A DNA stretch of 32,000 nucleotides from Escherichia coli (GCF_014168675.1 NZ_AP021933.1); one strand, 5' to 3'; positions 8,590-19,965 are shown, counted from the stretch's first letter. Program-made: numbers and translations. The notes: generated by a model not told the origin, from the letters alone.

Positions 8590-8803
8590 GTTTCGCCTCG
8601 CCTGAATGATTCTGTAACTCATATTTGCCCAACAATTCGTCCGCTTCCTGAATAGCTTCTGGTACGCCATTGAGCAGTGACATAACCGCGCCAATCATTA
8701 ACTTGTCTCTGTTGCTGGGGCTGGCCCCTTCAAGCCAGAACCCTAAAACAGTCTGAACCTGTTCGATGCGACATTGCGCTTCAATGAGCTGGATGTTGGT
8801 CAT
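8582..8803 (-). CDS. Hypothetical phage protein (73 aa)
   Basis: Overlapping gene chain; plausible acidic/amphipathic composition. Confidence 0.55.
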   Translation of the reverse strand: MTNIQLIEAQCRIEQVQTVLGFWLEGASPSNRDKLMIGAVMSLLNGVPEAIQEADELLGKYELQNHSGEAKHE

Positions 8804-9063
8804 TTCGCACTCTCCACATCGATTAAACCGATATCTATCAGGGAGGTAACTTTTTGTAGCCAGCTATTGATTACTGTCGCCTGTTCCCCTCCCACCGAGG
8901 GAACAATCTCATTCATCACATGAACCAGACCTGTGCGCGCTCTGGTAAGCCGTTCAGTCGCGCAATCTGCGGGAGTGAATGTGTCTGGATATGGCTCTTC
9001 ACGCCCCAGCAATGATTCAATTTCCAGCTCACACGGATGACGATAAATTAAGTTGATATTCAT
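8800..9063 (-). CDS. Hypothetical phage protein (87 aa)
   Basis: 4-nt overlaps with both neighbouring genes. Confidence 0.55.
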   Translation of the reverse strand: MNINLIYRHPCELEIESLLGREEPYPDTFTPADCATERLTRARTGLVHVMNEIVPSVGGEQATVINSWLQKVTSLIDIGLIDVESAK

Positions 9064-9254
9064 TTTTCACCCCCAAGAATTACCAGCTCGGCACGGGCAT
9101 CGTTAACCAAAGATGAGCACGCTTTAATCGCATCCACGACATCAGCAGCGTCCATTTCTTCAGCCGAAAGACTGACAGCAACCAGGACAGCCGCTGCTTG
9201 CTCGATTAATTGAAGTGCGGACGTAAGGCGAGGGGTATTAATTGAGTTATTCAT
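9060..9254 (-). CDS. Hypothetical phage protein (64 aa, start [19 protein letters not shown])
   Basis: Overlapping gene chain; start trimmed from the supplied ORF. Confidence 0.5.
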   Translation of the reverse strand: MNNSINTPRLTSALQLIEQAAAVLVAVSLSAEEMDAADVVDAIKACSSLVNDARAELVILGGEK

Positions 9255-10314
9255 TGGTTGCCCCCGTTTTTCCTGGCATTTCGCCACCTTCCAGCAGGAA
9301 ATGAACGTCACGAACGGCGAGATCCAATATCGCGAGTAACGCCTTCAGCCTTTCGTCTCGTGAGGGAGAGTTGCTCACCAGAATGTCGTTAATCACTTCT
9401 GTCAGTGTGATGATCTGGCTTGTGCGTTCGAGGGGATCCATATGCACATCGTAGGTTTTAATCATGTGCCACCTCCATGCGGATACGACCAGCAAAAAAG
9501 CAGACGTGATCGCGCACCAGAGAACGGCGAGCATCGCGTTCAGACTCGGCAGCAATATGATGAATTTTGGCGGTAATTGTCGGGCAATCGCGGCGAACTG
9601 CGGCGATAATCCAGATAAATTGCGGTTTTTGGGTAGGGGTAGTAGCCAGCATGTGGCAGCCTCCTTCAGATAGCAGGTTACGCTACCACCGGAAACGCCA
9701 ATTTCGCTGGTGGTAGCCCAGACAGGGTTGGCGTAACCGGCTCTGAAGGATACCGGCGCTTCCGAAGAAGCCCCCGCCTGAGCCACCATTGATTGACAAA
9801 GGCGCTGGATTATACACCAACGCCCAAAAAATGGGTGAGTCAGACCTACGACATAAAAAAAGACGCTCGGCGCGTCATATGTCGCCTTCAGAATTTTCAG
9901 GACGCCAATCCCGGCACCCGTTTTATGAGGTGCCTTATAACCATAAACCGTGTTGCCGCATAACGGCAAGCTCTTTTTTATGGACTCCGAAAACTCAGTA
10001 TTGGAAGCACCAGATGCACAATACATCGCGCTCATTTCGTTAACGTCGCGCGTATGGACGAAGGTTTTTGTGGAGTCACTACGCGAGCAGAGAAAGCCAT
10101 CTACGACCAGAAATTCTCTGGCGCAGCCGCTGACCTTCTCAACGCTAACACCATCGACCGTAATTTCTGACATAGTTAAGGCATCCGCTCCTACCACCAG
10201 AAAATGATAAACTTTGCTTGTATCTGCTGTATTAATGCCAGACTTTGCTGTCATATTGCTGGATTTTGGTGACATACCAGCCAGTGAAAATATCTTCTTC
10301 TGGACGGTTAGCAT
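9247..10314 (-). CDS. Long ORF containing an Ash / host cell division inhibitor Icd-like segment and a distinct C-terminal 72-aa module; true start uncertain
   Basis: Contains [12 protein letters not shown]...[36 protein letters not shown], typical of Ash/Icd-like prophage proteins. An internal ATG at 9465 could start a separate [17 protein letters not shown]... protein. A terminator-like hairpin at 9854-9876 lies inside the ORF, so the distal part may not be translated. Confidence 0.5.
   Translation of the reverse strand: MLTVQKKIFSLAGMSPKSSNMTAKSGINTADTSKVYHFLVVGADALTMSEITVDGVSVEKVSGCAREFLVVDGFLCSRSDSTKTFVHTRDVNEMSAMYCASGASNTEFSESIKKSLPLCGNTVYGYKAPHKTGAGIGVLKILKATYDAPSVFFYVVGLTHPFFGRWCIIQRLCQSMVAQAGASSEAPVSFRAGYANPVWATTSEIGVSGGSVTCYLKEAATCWLLPLPKNRNLSGLSPQFAAIARQLPPKFIILLPSLNAMLAVLWCAITSAFLLVVSAWRWHMIKTYDVHMDPLERTSQIITLTEVINDILVSNSPSRDERLKALLAILDLAVRDVHFLLEGGEMPGKTGATNE
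9854..9876 (-). terminator. Terminator-like hairpin inside the regulatory region
   Basis: Minus strand GACGC-GCCGA-GCGTC-TTTTTTT; possible outer arms CGACAT (9849-9854) and ATGTCG (9879-9884). Confidence 0.55.
9953..9978 (+). terminator. Plus-strand terminator-like hairpin
   Basis: TTGCCG-CATAA-CGGCAA-GCTC-TTTTT; fairly weak stem. Confidence 0.35.
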
Positions 10315-10490
10315 TTGTTAACCTCCGCGAACTCCTTCATGAAGCGCGCCAGCGGTTGTACGCATGGCGATTGATACCCGTCGCGATAAAACGTCACTCG
10401 GTTGTGAGACACGCTTTCGACAGTAACGAGTGCTCCGTGGGCATCTTTGTAGCGTTTTTGAGGTTGTGGTGTTCCTGTCGGCTTAAACAT
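10308..10490 (-). CDS. DUF4222-like small prophage protein
   Basis: [60 protein letters not shown]; start chosen to overlap the upstream stop at 10483. Confidence 0.6.
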   Translation of the reverse strand: MFKPTGTPQPQKRYKDAHGALVTVESVSHNRVTFYRDGYQSPCVQPLARFMKEFAEVNKC

Positions 10491-11316
10491 GGACCGCCTC
10501 CAGACGCTTGGCGAGCCAGCGTTGCGACAGGCGGGTGAGTTCTCCTTTACGCTGCTCATATTCCATGCCCATATCAATTAACGTGATATTGGTGCTTTCG
10601 AGATATGAGAGGTGCTCAAGCTGTTCTGCGTTCATATGGTCGCGAGGTTCGCCAGAATAGCCATTTATCCGCGCCCACTGCTTAGCAGTTAGCCCTCCAA
10701 GAACGATACGAGAAATCATATTGCTCTCGTTTGTGTAGTGGTGTTGCTGCGTCGTTTTCCCCTGCTCGGCACGGGCCATATTCAGCGCATCGCACATTGG
10801 CTTAAAGTTGTTTGCGGCACTGATACGGGCTTTTAGCTGGCGACGATAGCGGGCGGCGATTTCAGGCACGCTACGCTGTAATTCTTCCTCGCACTGGATG
10901 AAATAACGACGGATAGCGCGACCCTGATCATTGCGTTCGATCATTGCCAGTTCTTTCGCCATTCCGACACTTAACAGATAGTCTTTGCCGGGTCTGCCAG
11001 ACTGCTTAATCTTGCTGTAAGCCGCGCCATTCGGGCTTTTCCCCAAATTTGGGGAAATTGTTTTATGGACTGAGTAATCGTGCCCAATGGTGAAGTCATA
11101 TTCAGAGATGCGATCAGTGATCCATGTAGAGAAGTCTTTTCCCACGCCCAACGCTTTGTGTAACGCTTTTGCGCTAACAATATTGGTTTCACGCCCACCG
11201 ATATGACCAGGAATAACCGGGACAATTGCGGCAAATTCATTACCGTTAATTGTGCCCAGAGAGGCGTTCAGATGAGGGGCGGCCTCAGAAATTAATCTGC
11301 TTTTTTCGATGTTCAT
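10483..11316 (-). CDS. Phage antirepressor, AntA/AntB-type
   Basis: 277 aa; VSAKALHKALGVGKDFSTWITDRISEYDFTIGHDY...GRPGKDYLLSVGMAKELAMIERNDQGRAIRRYFIQCEEEL is typical of AntA/AntB domains. Confidence 0.85.
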   Translation of the reverse strand: MNIEKSRLISEAAPHLNASLGTINGNEFAAIVPVIPGHIGGRETNIVSAKALHKALGVGKDFSTWITDRISEYDFTIGHDYSVHKTISPNLGKSPNGAAYSKIKQSGRPGKDYLLSVGMAKELAMIERNDQGRAIRRYFIQCEEELQRSVPEIAARYRRQLKARISAANNFKPMCDALNMARAEQGKTTQQHHYTNESNMISRIVLGGLTAKQWARINGYSGEPRDHMNAEQLEHLSYLESTNITLIDMGMEYEQRKGELTRLSQRWLAKRLEAVHV

Positions 11317-11328
11317 TTTCAGTCTCCG

Positions 11329-11760
11329 TTAGGCGGCGTTAAACGCGTCCGGGTAGAGTTTCAGAATGTCGGCAATTTCCTGCTGAGAAAGTCCGTTGTG
11401 ATCATTTATGCTCGCAAGATGGTTAACATGAGTGATCACTTTCAGAACATCACCACGGCAGGAGAAACGGTAGCGAAGGTGTGTTCCGATACCATCAGGA
11501 TTCTTTTCGTCGATACGCTCCAGAGTGATTCCAAGCTGGCGTTCTAACTCTGTTGCATAGTTACGACCAGAAGACAGACGGCAGTAGCGAAGAATGTCAT
11601 TTTCTGTCCATCCCTCTATACCAGTACGCAGCATATAGACTCGGGCACGATGCTTTTTCGGTGTGCGCTTTGGTGCTTGAAGGGATTTTGTAAGGGGCGT
11701 AATGTCAGATACGCGAATATCTGAATTAGCCGCCTGTAATGGGCGGTTTTTCTTTTCCAT
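11329..11760 (-). CDS. Hypothetical prophage protein (143 aa)
   Basis: ORF between the AntA-like and AlpA-like genes; stop adjoins neighbouring genes. Confidence 0.6.
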   Translation of the reverse strand: MEKKNRPLQAANSDIRVSDITPLTKSLQAPKRTPKKHRARVYMLRTGIEGWTENDILRYCRLSSGRNYATELERQLGITLERIDEKNPDGIGTHLRYRFSCRGDVLKVITHVNHLASINDHNGLSQQEIADILKLYPDAFNAA

Positions 11761-11963
11761 CAGGCCACCTCGTCTCTAGATTCTAATATACACTTCTCAA
11801 TCCATTCATCTATTTCAGACTCAACAAAAGCAATTGCCCGACTTCCAATTTTTACCTGTTTAGGGAACCTCCCCTGACTAATAAGACGATAAATCCATGC
11901 TTTGCTATAACCAGTTCGCCTTTGAACTTCAGAGAGACGAATTAATGAATTGTAATTAGCCAT
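11760..11963 (-). CDS. AlpA-family transcriptional regulator
   Basis: 67 aa; LIRLSEVQRRTGYSKAWIYRLISQGRFPKQVKIGSRAIAFVESEIDEWI is the canonical AlpA/MerR-like HTH. Confidence 0.9.
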   Translation of the reverse strand: MANYNSLIRLSEVQRRTGYSKAWIYRLISQGRFPKQVKIGSRAIAFVESEIDEWIEKCILESRDEVA

Positions 11964-12390
11964 TTATTAATATCCTGTACTAATGACGCAATAACCCCCT
12001 CCTGCAACGAATGGCGAGAGTTTTATTTGCGTCAAATGTCGAATACGCCAAAGACCACAATATGAAAAACATATTGCGGTCTTTTATAAAAGATAGTCAG
12101 ATTGTTTTGGTTTGTTTGCTCCACAAGGGTAGAGCTACCCTGCATTTCGGCAGGATCACGCTATTAGGCGTGACATCCAGTAGTTTTAAAGAACAATTGC
12201 GCTTTGTCAGCGCCAAAGCCTGTTAAAGAACATTCCGCTTTTCAGCAGCGTAGAAGGCTCAATACACCTTCGTTTATAAAAGAGCGATTGCCCTTCTCCA
12301 GGGCTAACTGTTAAATAGCAATCCTCTGTGAGTTTTTATCAATCTACTCCCCTATACTTTAGTAAACCTCTGTATACTTGTCCAGTTGTT

Positions 12391-13605
12391 TCATGCGTGT
12401 TTTTCAAACACCATATGCACCACATTTCCGCCATGCTCGAGAGAATCCATATAGTCGGCATACCATTGAAGCATCTCCCGCCGTCCATCCAGATATTGCG
12501 CATGGTTGTATGTGCCACGAATTGAGTTCTTATCAACGTGAGCGAGCTGCGTTTCTATCCACGCGGTGTTATAGCCCTGCTCATGCAAAATCGTGCTCAT
12601 AGTGTGTCGGAACCCATGACCAGTTACACGTCCAGCGTAGCCAATGCGCTTAAACACTTGGTTTATGCTGGCCTCACTCATTGTTTTCCTTGGATCATTG
12701 CGCCCGGGAAACATAAGAGGGTAATTGCCTGTTATTTCTCTAATCTTCCCAATAAGCGAAAGAGCCTGCTCAGACAATGGCACAATATGAGGCCGCCGCA
12801 TTTTCATACGTGAAGCGGGTATCTCCCATATAGCCTTGTTGAAATCAATTTCATCCCATAATGCGCCACGTAGTTCGCCAGTTCGCAAGCCGGTGATAAT
12901 CAGTAGACGAGCCGCCATAACAACCAATGCGCTTCCTGAGTAACTGGACAATGCCTTGAAAAAATCAGGTAATTCTTTGGTCGTAAGGAAAGGGTAATGA
13001 TTAGATTCATGGCCTTGCATCGCGCTAGTAAGGTCTGGTGCAGGGTTATACTCTGCGCGACCAGTGACTATTGCATAGCGGAAAACTTCCCCGCACCGCT
13101 GCCTCACTTTTTTGGCTTTTTCTGTCGCACCGCGCCCCTCGATGCGCCGCAGCACATTCAGAAGTTCAAGTGGTTTGATTTCGGCGATTGGTTTTTTGCC
13201 AATGTAAGGGAACACATCTTTGTTGAAGGCTTCGAGGATGTCTGAAGCATAACCAGCAGACCATTTTTTTAATTTGCTGCTGTGCCACTCAAGGGCAATA
13301 TCTTTGAAGGTGTTGTTTAACTGCGTTTCCCGGGCAATCTTTTCCTCTCGTTTCGCTTCCATCGGATCGATACCACCAGCGATACCTCTTTTCGCATCTT
13401 CACGTTTTGCCCGAGCATCGGCTAGAGTAACCTCAGGATACACACCTAGTGCCAATAGCTTCTCTTTACCAGCTACACGATATTTAAGTCGCCAGTATTT
13501 ACCTCCATTAGGTTTTACCAAGAGATACAAACCGCCACCATCGGCCAGCTTGTAAGCCTTCTCTTTTGGCTTGGCTGTGTCTATTTGACGGGCATTGAGT
13601 TTCAC
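12391..13605 (-). CDS. int: P4-family tyrosine integrase
   Basis: 404 aa; MKLNARQIDTAKPKEKAYKLADGGGLYLLVKPNGGKYWRLKYR..., GLRTGELRGALW and GHGFRHTMSTILHEQGYN catalytic-box motifs; next to tRNA-Thr. Confidence 0.95.
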   Translation of the reverse strand: MKLNARQIDTAKPKEKAYKLADGGGLYLLVKPNGGKYWRLKYRVAGKEKLLALGVYPEVTLADARAKREDAKRGIAGGIDPMEAKREEKIARETQLNNTFKDIALEWHSSKLKKWSAGYASDILEAFNKDVFPYIGKKPIAEIKPLELLNVLRRIEGRGATEKAKKVRQRCGEVFRYAIVTGRAEYNPAPDLTSAMQGHESNHYPFLTTKELPDFFKALSSYSGSALVVMAARLLIITGLRTGELRGALWDEIDFNKAIWEIPASRMKMRRPHIVPLSEQALSLIGKIREITGNYPLMFPGRNDPRKTMSEASINQVFKRIGYAGRVTGHGFRHTMSTILHEQGYNTAWIETQLAHVDKNSIRGTYNHAQYLDGRREMLQWYADYMDSLEHGGNVVHMVFEKHA

Positions 13606-13770
13606 TTGGGGGTACCTCCACTAAACCGAACAGCAAATACCCCCATAAGTACCCCCATCTGACCGTAGATTTTGAGGGACTTTAGTAGACGTCAAAAGAC
13701 GAACGGGGCTTTAATACGTGGATTATAAGGGGTTTTGAAAGACTTTAGTAGACTTGGGGAGATGTTTGAA

Positions 13771-13846
13771 TGGTGCCGATAATAGGAGTCGAACCTACGA
13801 CCTTCGCATTACGAATGCGCTGCTCTACCAACTGAGCTATATCGGC
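13771..13846 (-). tRNA. thrW: tRNA-Thr (anticodon CGT)
   Basis: GCCGATATAGCTCAGTTGGTAGAGCAGCGCATTCGTAATGCGAAGGTCGTAGGTTCGACTCCTATTATCGGCACCA, full cloverleaf with encoded CCA; 5' side faces proA. Confidence 0.97.
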
Positions 13847-13960
13847 CCTGAAAGGACATGTTCACGAACGTGAATCACGGTGGACAAGGTTAAAACTAAC
13901 CGGGCGATGCGTCAATGGCCTTGTGAATCAAATGGCTACTTTTGCATCACCCGGTTTTAT

Positions 13961-15214
13961 TTACGCACGAATGGTGTAATCACCAATGCCGATCCACTTG
14001 TAAGTGGTCAGTGCTTCCAGGCCCATCGGGCCACGCGCGTGGAGTTTTTGTGTGCTTACCGCCACTTCCGCTCCCAGACCAAACTGGCCGCCATCGGTAA
14101 AACGCGTAGAGGCGTTAACGTAAACAGCGGATGAATCTACTTCATTAACAAAACGCTGGGCGTTGCGCATATCGCGGGTCAGGATCGCATCGGAGTGTTG
14201 CGTGCCGTGTTCACGAATATGGGCGATAGCATCGTCAAGATCGCTGACAATTTTGACGTTCAAGTCTAATGACAGGAACTCATCGTCATACTCTTCGGCT
14301 TTAACAGCCACCACCTTCGCGGGGCCTGCCTGCAATTGCGCCAGCGCAGCAGCATCTGCGTGTAACGTCACGCCACTTTCCGCCATTTGCTTGCTTAATG
14401 CGGGCAGGAAGCTATCTGCGATGTTTTTATTTACCAGCAACGTTTCTACCGTATTACACGTGCTCGGGCGCTGAGTTTTCGCGTTGACAATCACTTTCAA
14501 TGCTTCAGCGATCTCTGCACTTTCATCAACGTAAATATGGCATACGCCTATACCACCTGTGATTACCGGAATCGTCGACTGCTCGCGGCACAGTTTATGC
14601 AACCCAGCCCCGCCGCGTGGAATCAGCATGTCGATGTATTTATCCATACGCAGCATTTCACTGACCAGCGCGCGGTCAGGATTATCAATCGCCTGTACTG
14701 CGCCTGCCGGTAAATCGCAGGATTTCAGGGCGTCCTGAATCACCGCCACCGTTGCAGCGTTAGTGCGACAGGTTTCTTTGCCACCACGCAGGATCACTGC
14801 GTTACCGGTTTTCAGGCACAGCGAAGCGACATCTACTGTCACGTTCGGGCGAGCTTCATAAATCACGCCAATCACCCCCAGCGGTACGCGACGACGCTCC
14901 AGACGCAGACCGCTGTCCAGCACACCACCATCAATCACCTGCCCCACCGGATCGGCGAGGTTGCACACCTGGCGCACATCATCGGCAATGCCTTTCAGCC
15001 GTGCGGGCGTCAGTGCCAGACGGTCAAGCATCGCTTCGCTAAGGCCATTGGCACGCGCGTCAGCAACATCCTGGGCGTTAGCGTTGAGGATGATTTCGCT
15101 TTGTGCTTCCAGTTCATCGGCGATTTTTTCCAGCACGCGATTTTTTTCGCGGCTGGAGAGTTGCGCTAATTTATAAGAGGCTTGCTTCGCGGCAATGCCC
15201 ATTTGTTCCAGCAT
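13961..15214 (-). CDS. proA: Gamma-glutamyl phosphate reductase
   Basis: 417 aa matching E. coli ProA; in tandem with proB. Confidence 0.98.
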   Translation of the reverse strand: MLEQMGIAAKQASYKLAQLSSREKNRVLEKIADELEAQSEIILNANAQDVADARANGLSEAMLDRLALTPARLKGIADDVRQVCNLADPVGQVIDGGVLDSGLRLERRRVPLGVIGVIYEARPNVTVDVASLCLKTGNAVILRGGKETCRTNAATVAVIQDALKSCDLPAGAVQAIDNPDRALVSEMLRMDKYIDMLIPRGGAGLHKLCREQSTIPVITGGIGVCHIYVDESAEIAEALKVIVNAKTQRPSTCNTVETLLVNKNIADSFLPALSKQMAESGVTLHADAAALAQLQAGPAKVVAVKAEEYDDEFLSLDLNVKIVSDLDDAIAHIREHGTQHSDAILTRDMRNAQRFVNEVDSSAVYVNASTRFTDGGQFGLGAEVAVSTQKLHARGPMGLEALTTYKWIGIGDYTIRA

Positions 15215-15225
15215 CAGCCTGCTCC

Positions 15226-16329
15226 TTAACGGGTAATCATGTCATCACGGTGAACGGCAACCGGGCCGTATTCATATCCCAGTATTGCATCAATTTCTTG
15301 CGAGTGGTGTCCGGCAATACGGCGTAATGCATCGCTGTTGTAACGACTGACACCGTGGGCGATATCGCGACCTTCGAGGTTGCAAATGCGGATGACTTCA
15401 CCACGCGAGAAATTGCCAGTCACGCTTTTAATCCCTTTCGGCAACAGGGAGCTGCCGCGTTCAAGAATGGCGGCAGTTGCCCCTTCATCTACCGTGATTT
15501 CACCCGCCGGCGGCGCACCGAAAATCCAGCGTTTACGGTTTTCAAGCGGAGTCGCCTGGGCATGGAACAGCGTACCCACGGAAATGCCTTCCATCACATC
15601 ACCAATAACGCCCGGCTTGCTGCCCGCGGCAATAATGGTGTCGATACCCGCACGGCAAGCCACGTCCGCGGCCTGCAATTTGGTACTCATGCCGCCAGTT
15701 CCGAGGCCTGAAACGCTGTCACCGGCAATCGCGCGCAGTGCGTCATCAATGCCGTAAACATCTTTAATCAGTTCTGCCTGCGGATTGCTGCGCGGGTCAG
15801 CGGTGTACAAACCTTTTTGATCGGTCAGCAGCAACAGTTTATCGGCACCCGCCAGAATCGCCGCCAGCGCAGAAAGGTTATCGTTATCACCGACCTTAAT
15901 CTCTGCAGTAGCGACAGCATCGTTCTCATTGATTACCGGAACGATGTTGTTATCGAGCAGTGCACGCAAGGTGTCGCGGGCGTTCAGGAAGCGTTCACGG
16001 TCTTCCATATCAGCACGGGTCAGCAGCATTTGCCCGACGTGAATGCCATAAATAGAAAACAGCTGTTCCCACAGTTGAATCAGTCGACTCTGCCCTACCG
16101 CCGCCAGCAGTTGTTTCGAGGCGATAGTCGCTGGCAGTTCCGGGTAACCCAGGTGCTCACGTCCGGCGGCAATCGCACCCGACGTCACAATAACAATCCG
16201 ATGCCCGGCGGCATGTAACTGCGCGCACTGGCGAACAAGTTCAACGATATGGGCACGGTTCAGGCGGCGCGATCCGCCTGTTAGCACACTGGTGCCGAGT
16301 TTTACCACCAGCGTCTGGCTGTCACTCAT
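15226..16329 (-). CDS. proB: Glutamate 5-kinase
   Basis: 367 aa from [34 protein letters not shown]; the supplied ORF is over-extended by 13 codons. Confidence 0.98.
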
Positions 16330-16518
16330 GATTCTCTGCCATTCAATTTTAGGAAAAAATGATATCAAACGAACGTTTTAGCAGGACTGTCGTCGGTTGC
16401 CAACCATCTGCGAGCAAAGCATGGCGTTTTGTTGCGCGGGATCAGCAAGCGTAGCGGCAGTTGTTTACGCTTTTATTACAGATTTAATAAATTACCACAT
16501 TTTAAGAATATTATTAAT

Positions 16519-16536
16519 CTGTAATATATCTTTAAC
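16519..16536 (+). promoter_or_regulatory. Putative Pho box upstream of phoE
   Basis: CTGTAATATATCTTTAAC resembles the PhoB-box consensus and lies about 80 nt before the phoE start. Confidence 0.6.
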
Positions 16537-16617
16537 AGTCTCAGGTTAAAAACTTTCCTGTTTTCAACGGGACTCTCCCGCTGAATATTCGCGCGTTAAT
16601 TAAAATCAGGAATGAAA

Positions 16618-17673
16618 ATGAAAAAGAGCACTCTGGCATTAGTGGTGATGGGCATTGTGGCATCTGTATCCGTACAGGCCGCAGAAATATATAACAAAGA
16701 CGGTAATAAACTGGATGTCTATGGCAAAGTTAAAGCCATGCATTATATGAGTGATAACGACAGTAAAGATGGCGACCAGAGTTATATCCGTTTTGGTTTT
16801 AAAGGCGAAACACAAATTAACGATCAACTGACGGGTTATGGTCGGTGGGAAGCGGAGTTTGCCGGTAATAAAGCGGAGAGTGATACTGCACAGCAAAAAA
16901 CGCGTCTCGCTTTTGCCGGGTTGAAATATAAAGATTTGGGTTCTTTCGATTATGGTCGTAACCTGGGCGCGTTGTATGACGTGGAGGCCTGGACCGATAT
17001 GTTCCCGGAATTTGGTGGCGACTCCTCGGCGCAGACCGACAACTTTATGACCAAACGCGCCAGCGGTCTGGCGACGTATCGGAACACCGACTTCTTCGGC
17101 GTTATCGATGGTCTGAACTTAACCCTGCAATATCAAGGGAAAAACGAAAACCGCGATGTTAAAAAGCAAAACGGCGATGGCTTCGGCACATCATTGACAT
17201 ATGACTTTGGCGGCAGCGATTTCGCCATCAGTGGAGCCTATACCAACTCTGATCGCACCAACGAGCAGAACCTGCAAAGCCGTGGCACAGGCAAGCGTGC
17301 AGAAGCATGGGCAACAGGTCTGAAATACGATGCCAATAATATTTATCTGGCAACTTTCTATTCTGAAACACGCAAAATGACGCCAATAACTGGCGGCTTT
17401 GCCAATAAGACACAGAACTTTGAAGCGGTCGCCCAATACCAGTTTGACTTTGGTCTGCGTCCGTCGCTGGGTTATGTCTTATCGAAAGGGAAAGATATTG
17501 AAGGAATCGGTGATGAAGATCTGGTCAATTATATCGATGTTGGTGCTACGTATTATTTCAACAAAAATATGTCGGCATTTGTTGATTATAAAATAAACCA
17601 ACTGGATAGCGATAATAAGCTGAACATCAATAATGATGATATTGTCGCGGTTGGCATGACCTATCAGTTTTAA
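16618..17673 (+). CDS. phoE: Outer membrane phosphoporin
   Basis: 351 aa [47 protein letters not shown]...VGMTYQF. Confidence 0.98.
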   Translation: MKKSTLALVVMGIVASVSVQAAEIYNKDGNKLDVYGKVKAMHYMSDNDSKDGDQSYIRFGFKGETQINDQLTGYGRWEAEFAGNKAESDTAQQKTRLAFAGLKYKDLGSFDYGRNLGALYDVEAWTDMFPEFGGDSSAQTDNFMTKRASGLATYRNTDFFGVIDGLNLTLQYQGKNENRDVKKQNGDGFGTSLTYDFGGSDFAISGAYTNSDRTNEQNLQSRGTGKRAEAWATGLKYDANNIYLATFYSETRKMTPITGGFANKTQNFEAVAQYQFDFGLRPSLGYVLSKGKDIEGIGDEDLVNYIDVGATYYFNKNMSAFVDYKINQLDSDNKLNINNDDIVAVGMTYQF

Positions 17674-17711
17674 TGGATATTGCCGGATGTGATGCATCCG
17701 GCACATTTCAC

Positions 17712-18170
<459 letters not shown>

Positions 18171-19415
18171 TTAACACAATCGTTTTTCGATCCAGTCGGT
18201 GATTTCCTGAAGACCTTTGTCAAAATTCCGATACACCGGGTTAAATGGGATCTCTAACAATTTACCGTCAGCAGATGATGAGGTGATTAAGCGTGAGTCC
18301 TCTTCCGGGCTGAACGGATCGTTCTTCCAGTAGCCTGATAACATTGGCGTTGGGCAGCGACGTCCCAGCAATCCTTGCACTTTTAATGAATAGCGATTCA
18401 GCTCCACGCGCAACGCTTCGTCGGAAGCATCATGCATCCCCAAACGGCTCGCCAGAACGTCAAGATACATTTCCGGCACCTGTTGCTGGCACTTAAAATC
18501 ACTCAACAGGGTATGAACTACCGGACCAAGACAGGCAACCGCTTTCAGACGCGGCGATTCAAGGTATGCCAGACGCACGGCAACGTTAGCGCCGAAACGG
18601 AAACCAAAGGCCGCGACGCGAGTGTGATCTACCCACGGTACGTTAGGCAGCGCCTTTAAGACGTGCTGATGCAACAGGCTGGAGTCCTGGGTGAGCCTCC
18701 ATTTTGAAGAAAAGCCCACCGACGGCATATCAATAGTCAGCATCGCAATGCCGCGCGGCGCAAAATAACGTTCATACAGGCTGTAATAGTCCGTCTGCAT
18801 CGCATCCAGACCACCACACATTAATACTGTCGGGAACGGGCCATCACCTTTCGGCATATGCAAAAAGCCGGTGATGGGCGCACCGCCGGGTACGGTAAAC
18901 TCCATCTGCCGCATCGTGCCCGGCAGACGTTGGGCGGCCTCTTCATAGGCACGGTTTGACAAAGCCTGCGCTTGCTCGGCCAGATCATCTCCTTTCAGAT
19001 GAGGATAGGCGGCAATGTTGTACAACGTAGCCGCATGCAACCAGTGACGACCACTGAGTTGCGGATCTTCTTCCGCACAGGCTTTTTGTTGCCACACCAT
19101 CGCCTGGGTAGCCCACTCATAAATCCAGTTGCCGCCGCGGTAGCCAATCACCGTATCGTATAAATCATCGTCGGTACGTTCGGCATCGCTCATCACAATA
19201 CGTGCCTGGACGTCGAGGATTTCACGTGGGTCAATGCCGCGCCAGATCCACATCAGACGGTTAATCATGCGATACCAGTGAGGGATGGTTTTACCATCAA
19301 GGGCCGACTGCACAGGCGGTTGTGCGCCGTGATTAAAGCGGCGGACTAGCGTCGAGGTTTCAGGATGTTTAAAGCGGGGTTTGAACAGGGTTTCGCTCAG
19401 GTTTGCCTGTGTCAT
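18171..19415 (-). CDS. frsA: Fermentation-respiration switch protein FrsA
   Basis: 414-aa alpha/beta hydrolase-like protein in conserved position between crl and gpt. Confidence 0.96.
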   Translation of the reverse strand: MTQANLSETLFKPRFKHPETSTLVRRFNHGAQPPVQSALDGKTIPHWYRMINRLMWIWRGIDPREILDVQARIVMSDAERTDDDLYDTVIGYRGGNWIYEWATQAMVWQQKACAEEDPQLSGRHWLHAATLYNIAAYPHLKGDDLAEQAQALSNRAYEEAAQRLPGTMRQMEFTVPGGAPITGFLHMPKGDGPFPTVLMCGGLDAMQTDYYSLYERYFAPRGIAMLTIDMPSVGFSSKWRLTQDSSLLHQHVLKALPNVPWVDHTRVAAFGFRFGANVAVRLAYLESPRLKAVACLGPVVHTLLSDFKCQQQVPEMYLDVLASRLGMHDASDEALRVELNRYSLKVQGLLGRRCPTPMLSGYWKNDPFSPEEDSRLITSSSADGKLLEIPFNPVYRNFDKGLQEITDWIEKRLC

Positions 19416-19506
19416 GGATGCAGCCTCCAGAATACTTACTGGAAACTATTGTAACCCGCCTGAAGTTAAAAAGAACAACGCCCGGCAGTGCCAGGCGTTG
19501 AAAAGA

Positions 19507-19965
19507 TTAGCGACCGGAGATTGGCGGGACGAATACGACGCCCATATCCCACGGCTGTTCAATCCAGGTATCTTGCGGGATATCAACAACATAGTCATCA
19601 ACCAGCGGACGACCAGCCGGTTTAGCGAAGATGGTGACAAAGTGCGCTTTTGGATACATTTCACGAATCGCAACCGCAGTACCACCGGTATCCACCAGGT
19701 CATCAATAACAATGAAGCCTTCGCCATCGCCTTCTGCGCGTTTCAGCACTTTAAGCTCGCGCTGGTTGTCGTGATCGTAGCTGGAAATACAAACGGTATC
19801 GACATGACGAATACCCAGTTCACGCGCCAGTAACGCACCCGGTACCAGACCGCCACGGCTTACGGCAATAATGCCTTTCCATTGTTCAGAAGGCATCAGT
19901 CGGCTTGCGAGTTTACGTGCATGGATCTGCAACATGTCCCAGGTGACGATGTATTTTTCGCTCAT
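19507..19965 (-). CDS. gpt: Xanthine-guanine phosphoribosyltransferase
   Basis: 152 aa; [43 protein letters not shown]-binding motif. Confidence 0.98.

Noticed and set aside
9950-10207. 85-aa plus-strand [15 protein letters not shown]...-like
   Set aside because: Low-complexity Ser/Thr-rich antisense product with no Shine-Dalgarno; kept only for the repeated 21-mer it contains.
12011-12226. 71-aa plus-strand ORF between alpA and int
   Set aside because: No ribosome-binding site or homology recognised; region looks like intergenic/attachment-regulatory DNA.
12080-12285. TTTATAAAAGA occurring twice near the int 3' side
   Set aside because: Short and AT-rich; could be chance. Not strong enough for a directional repeat or excisionase site call.
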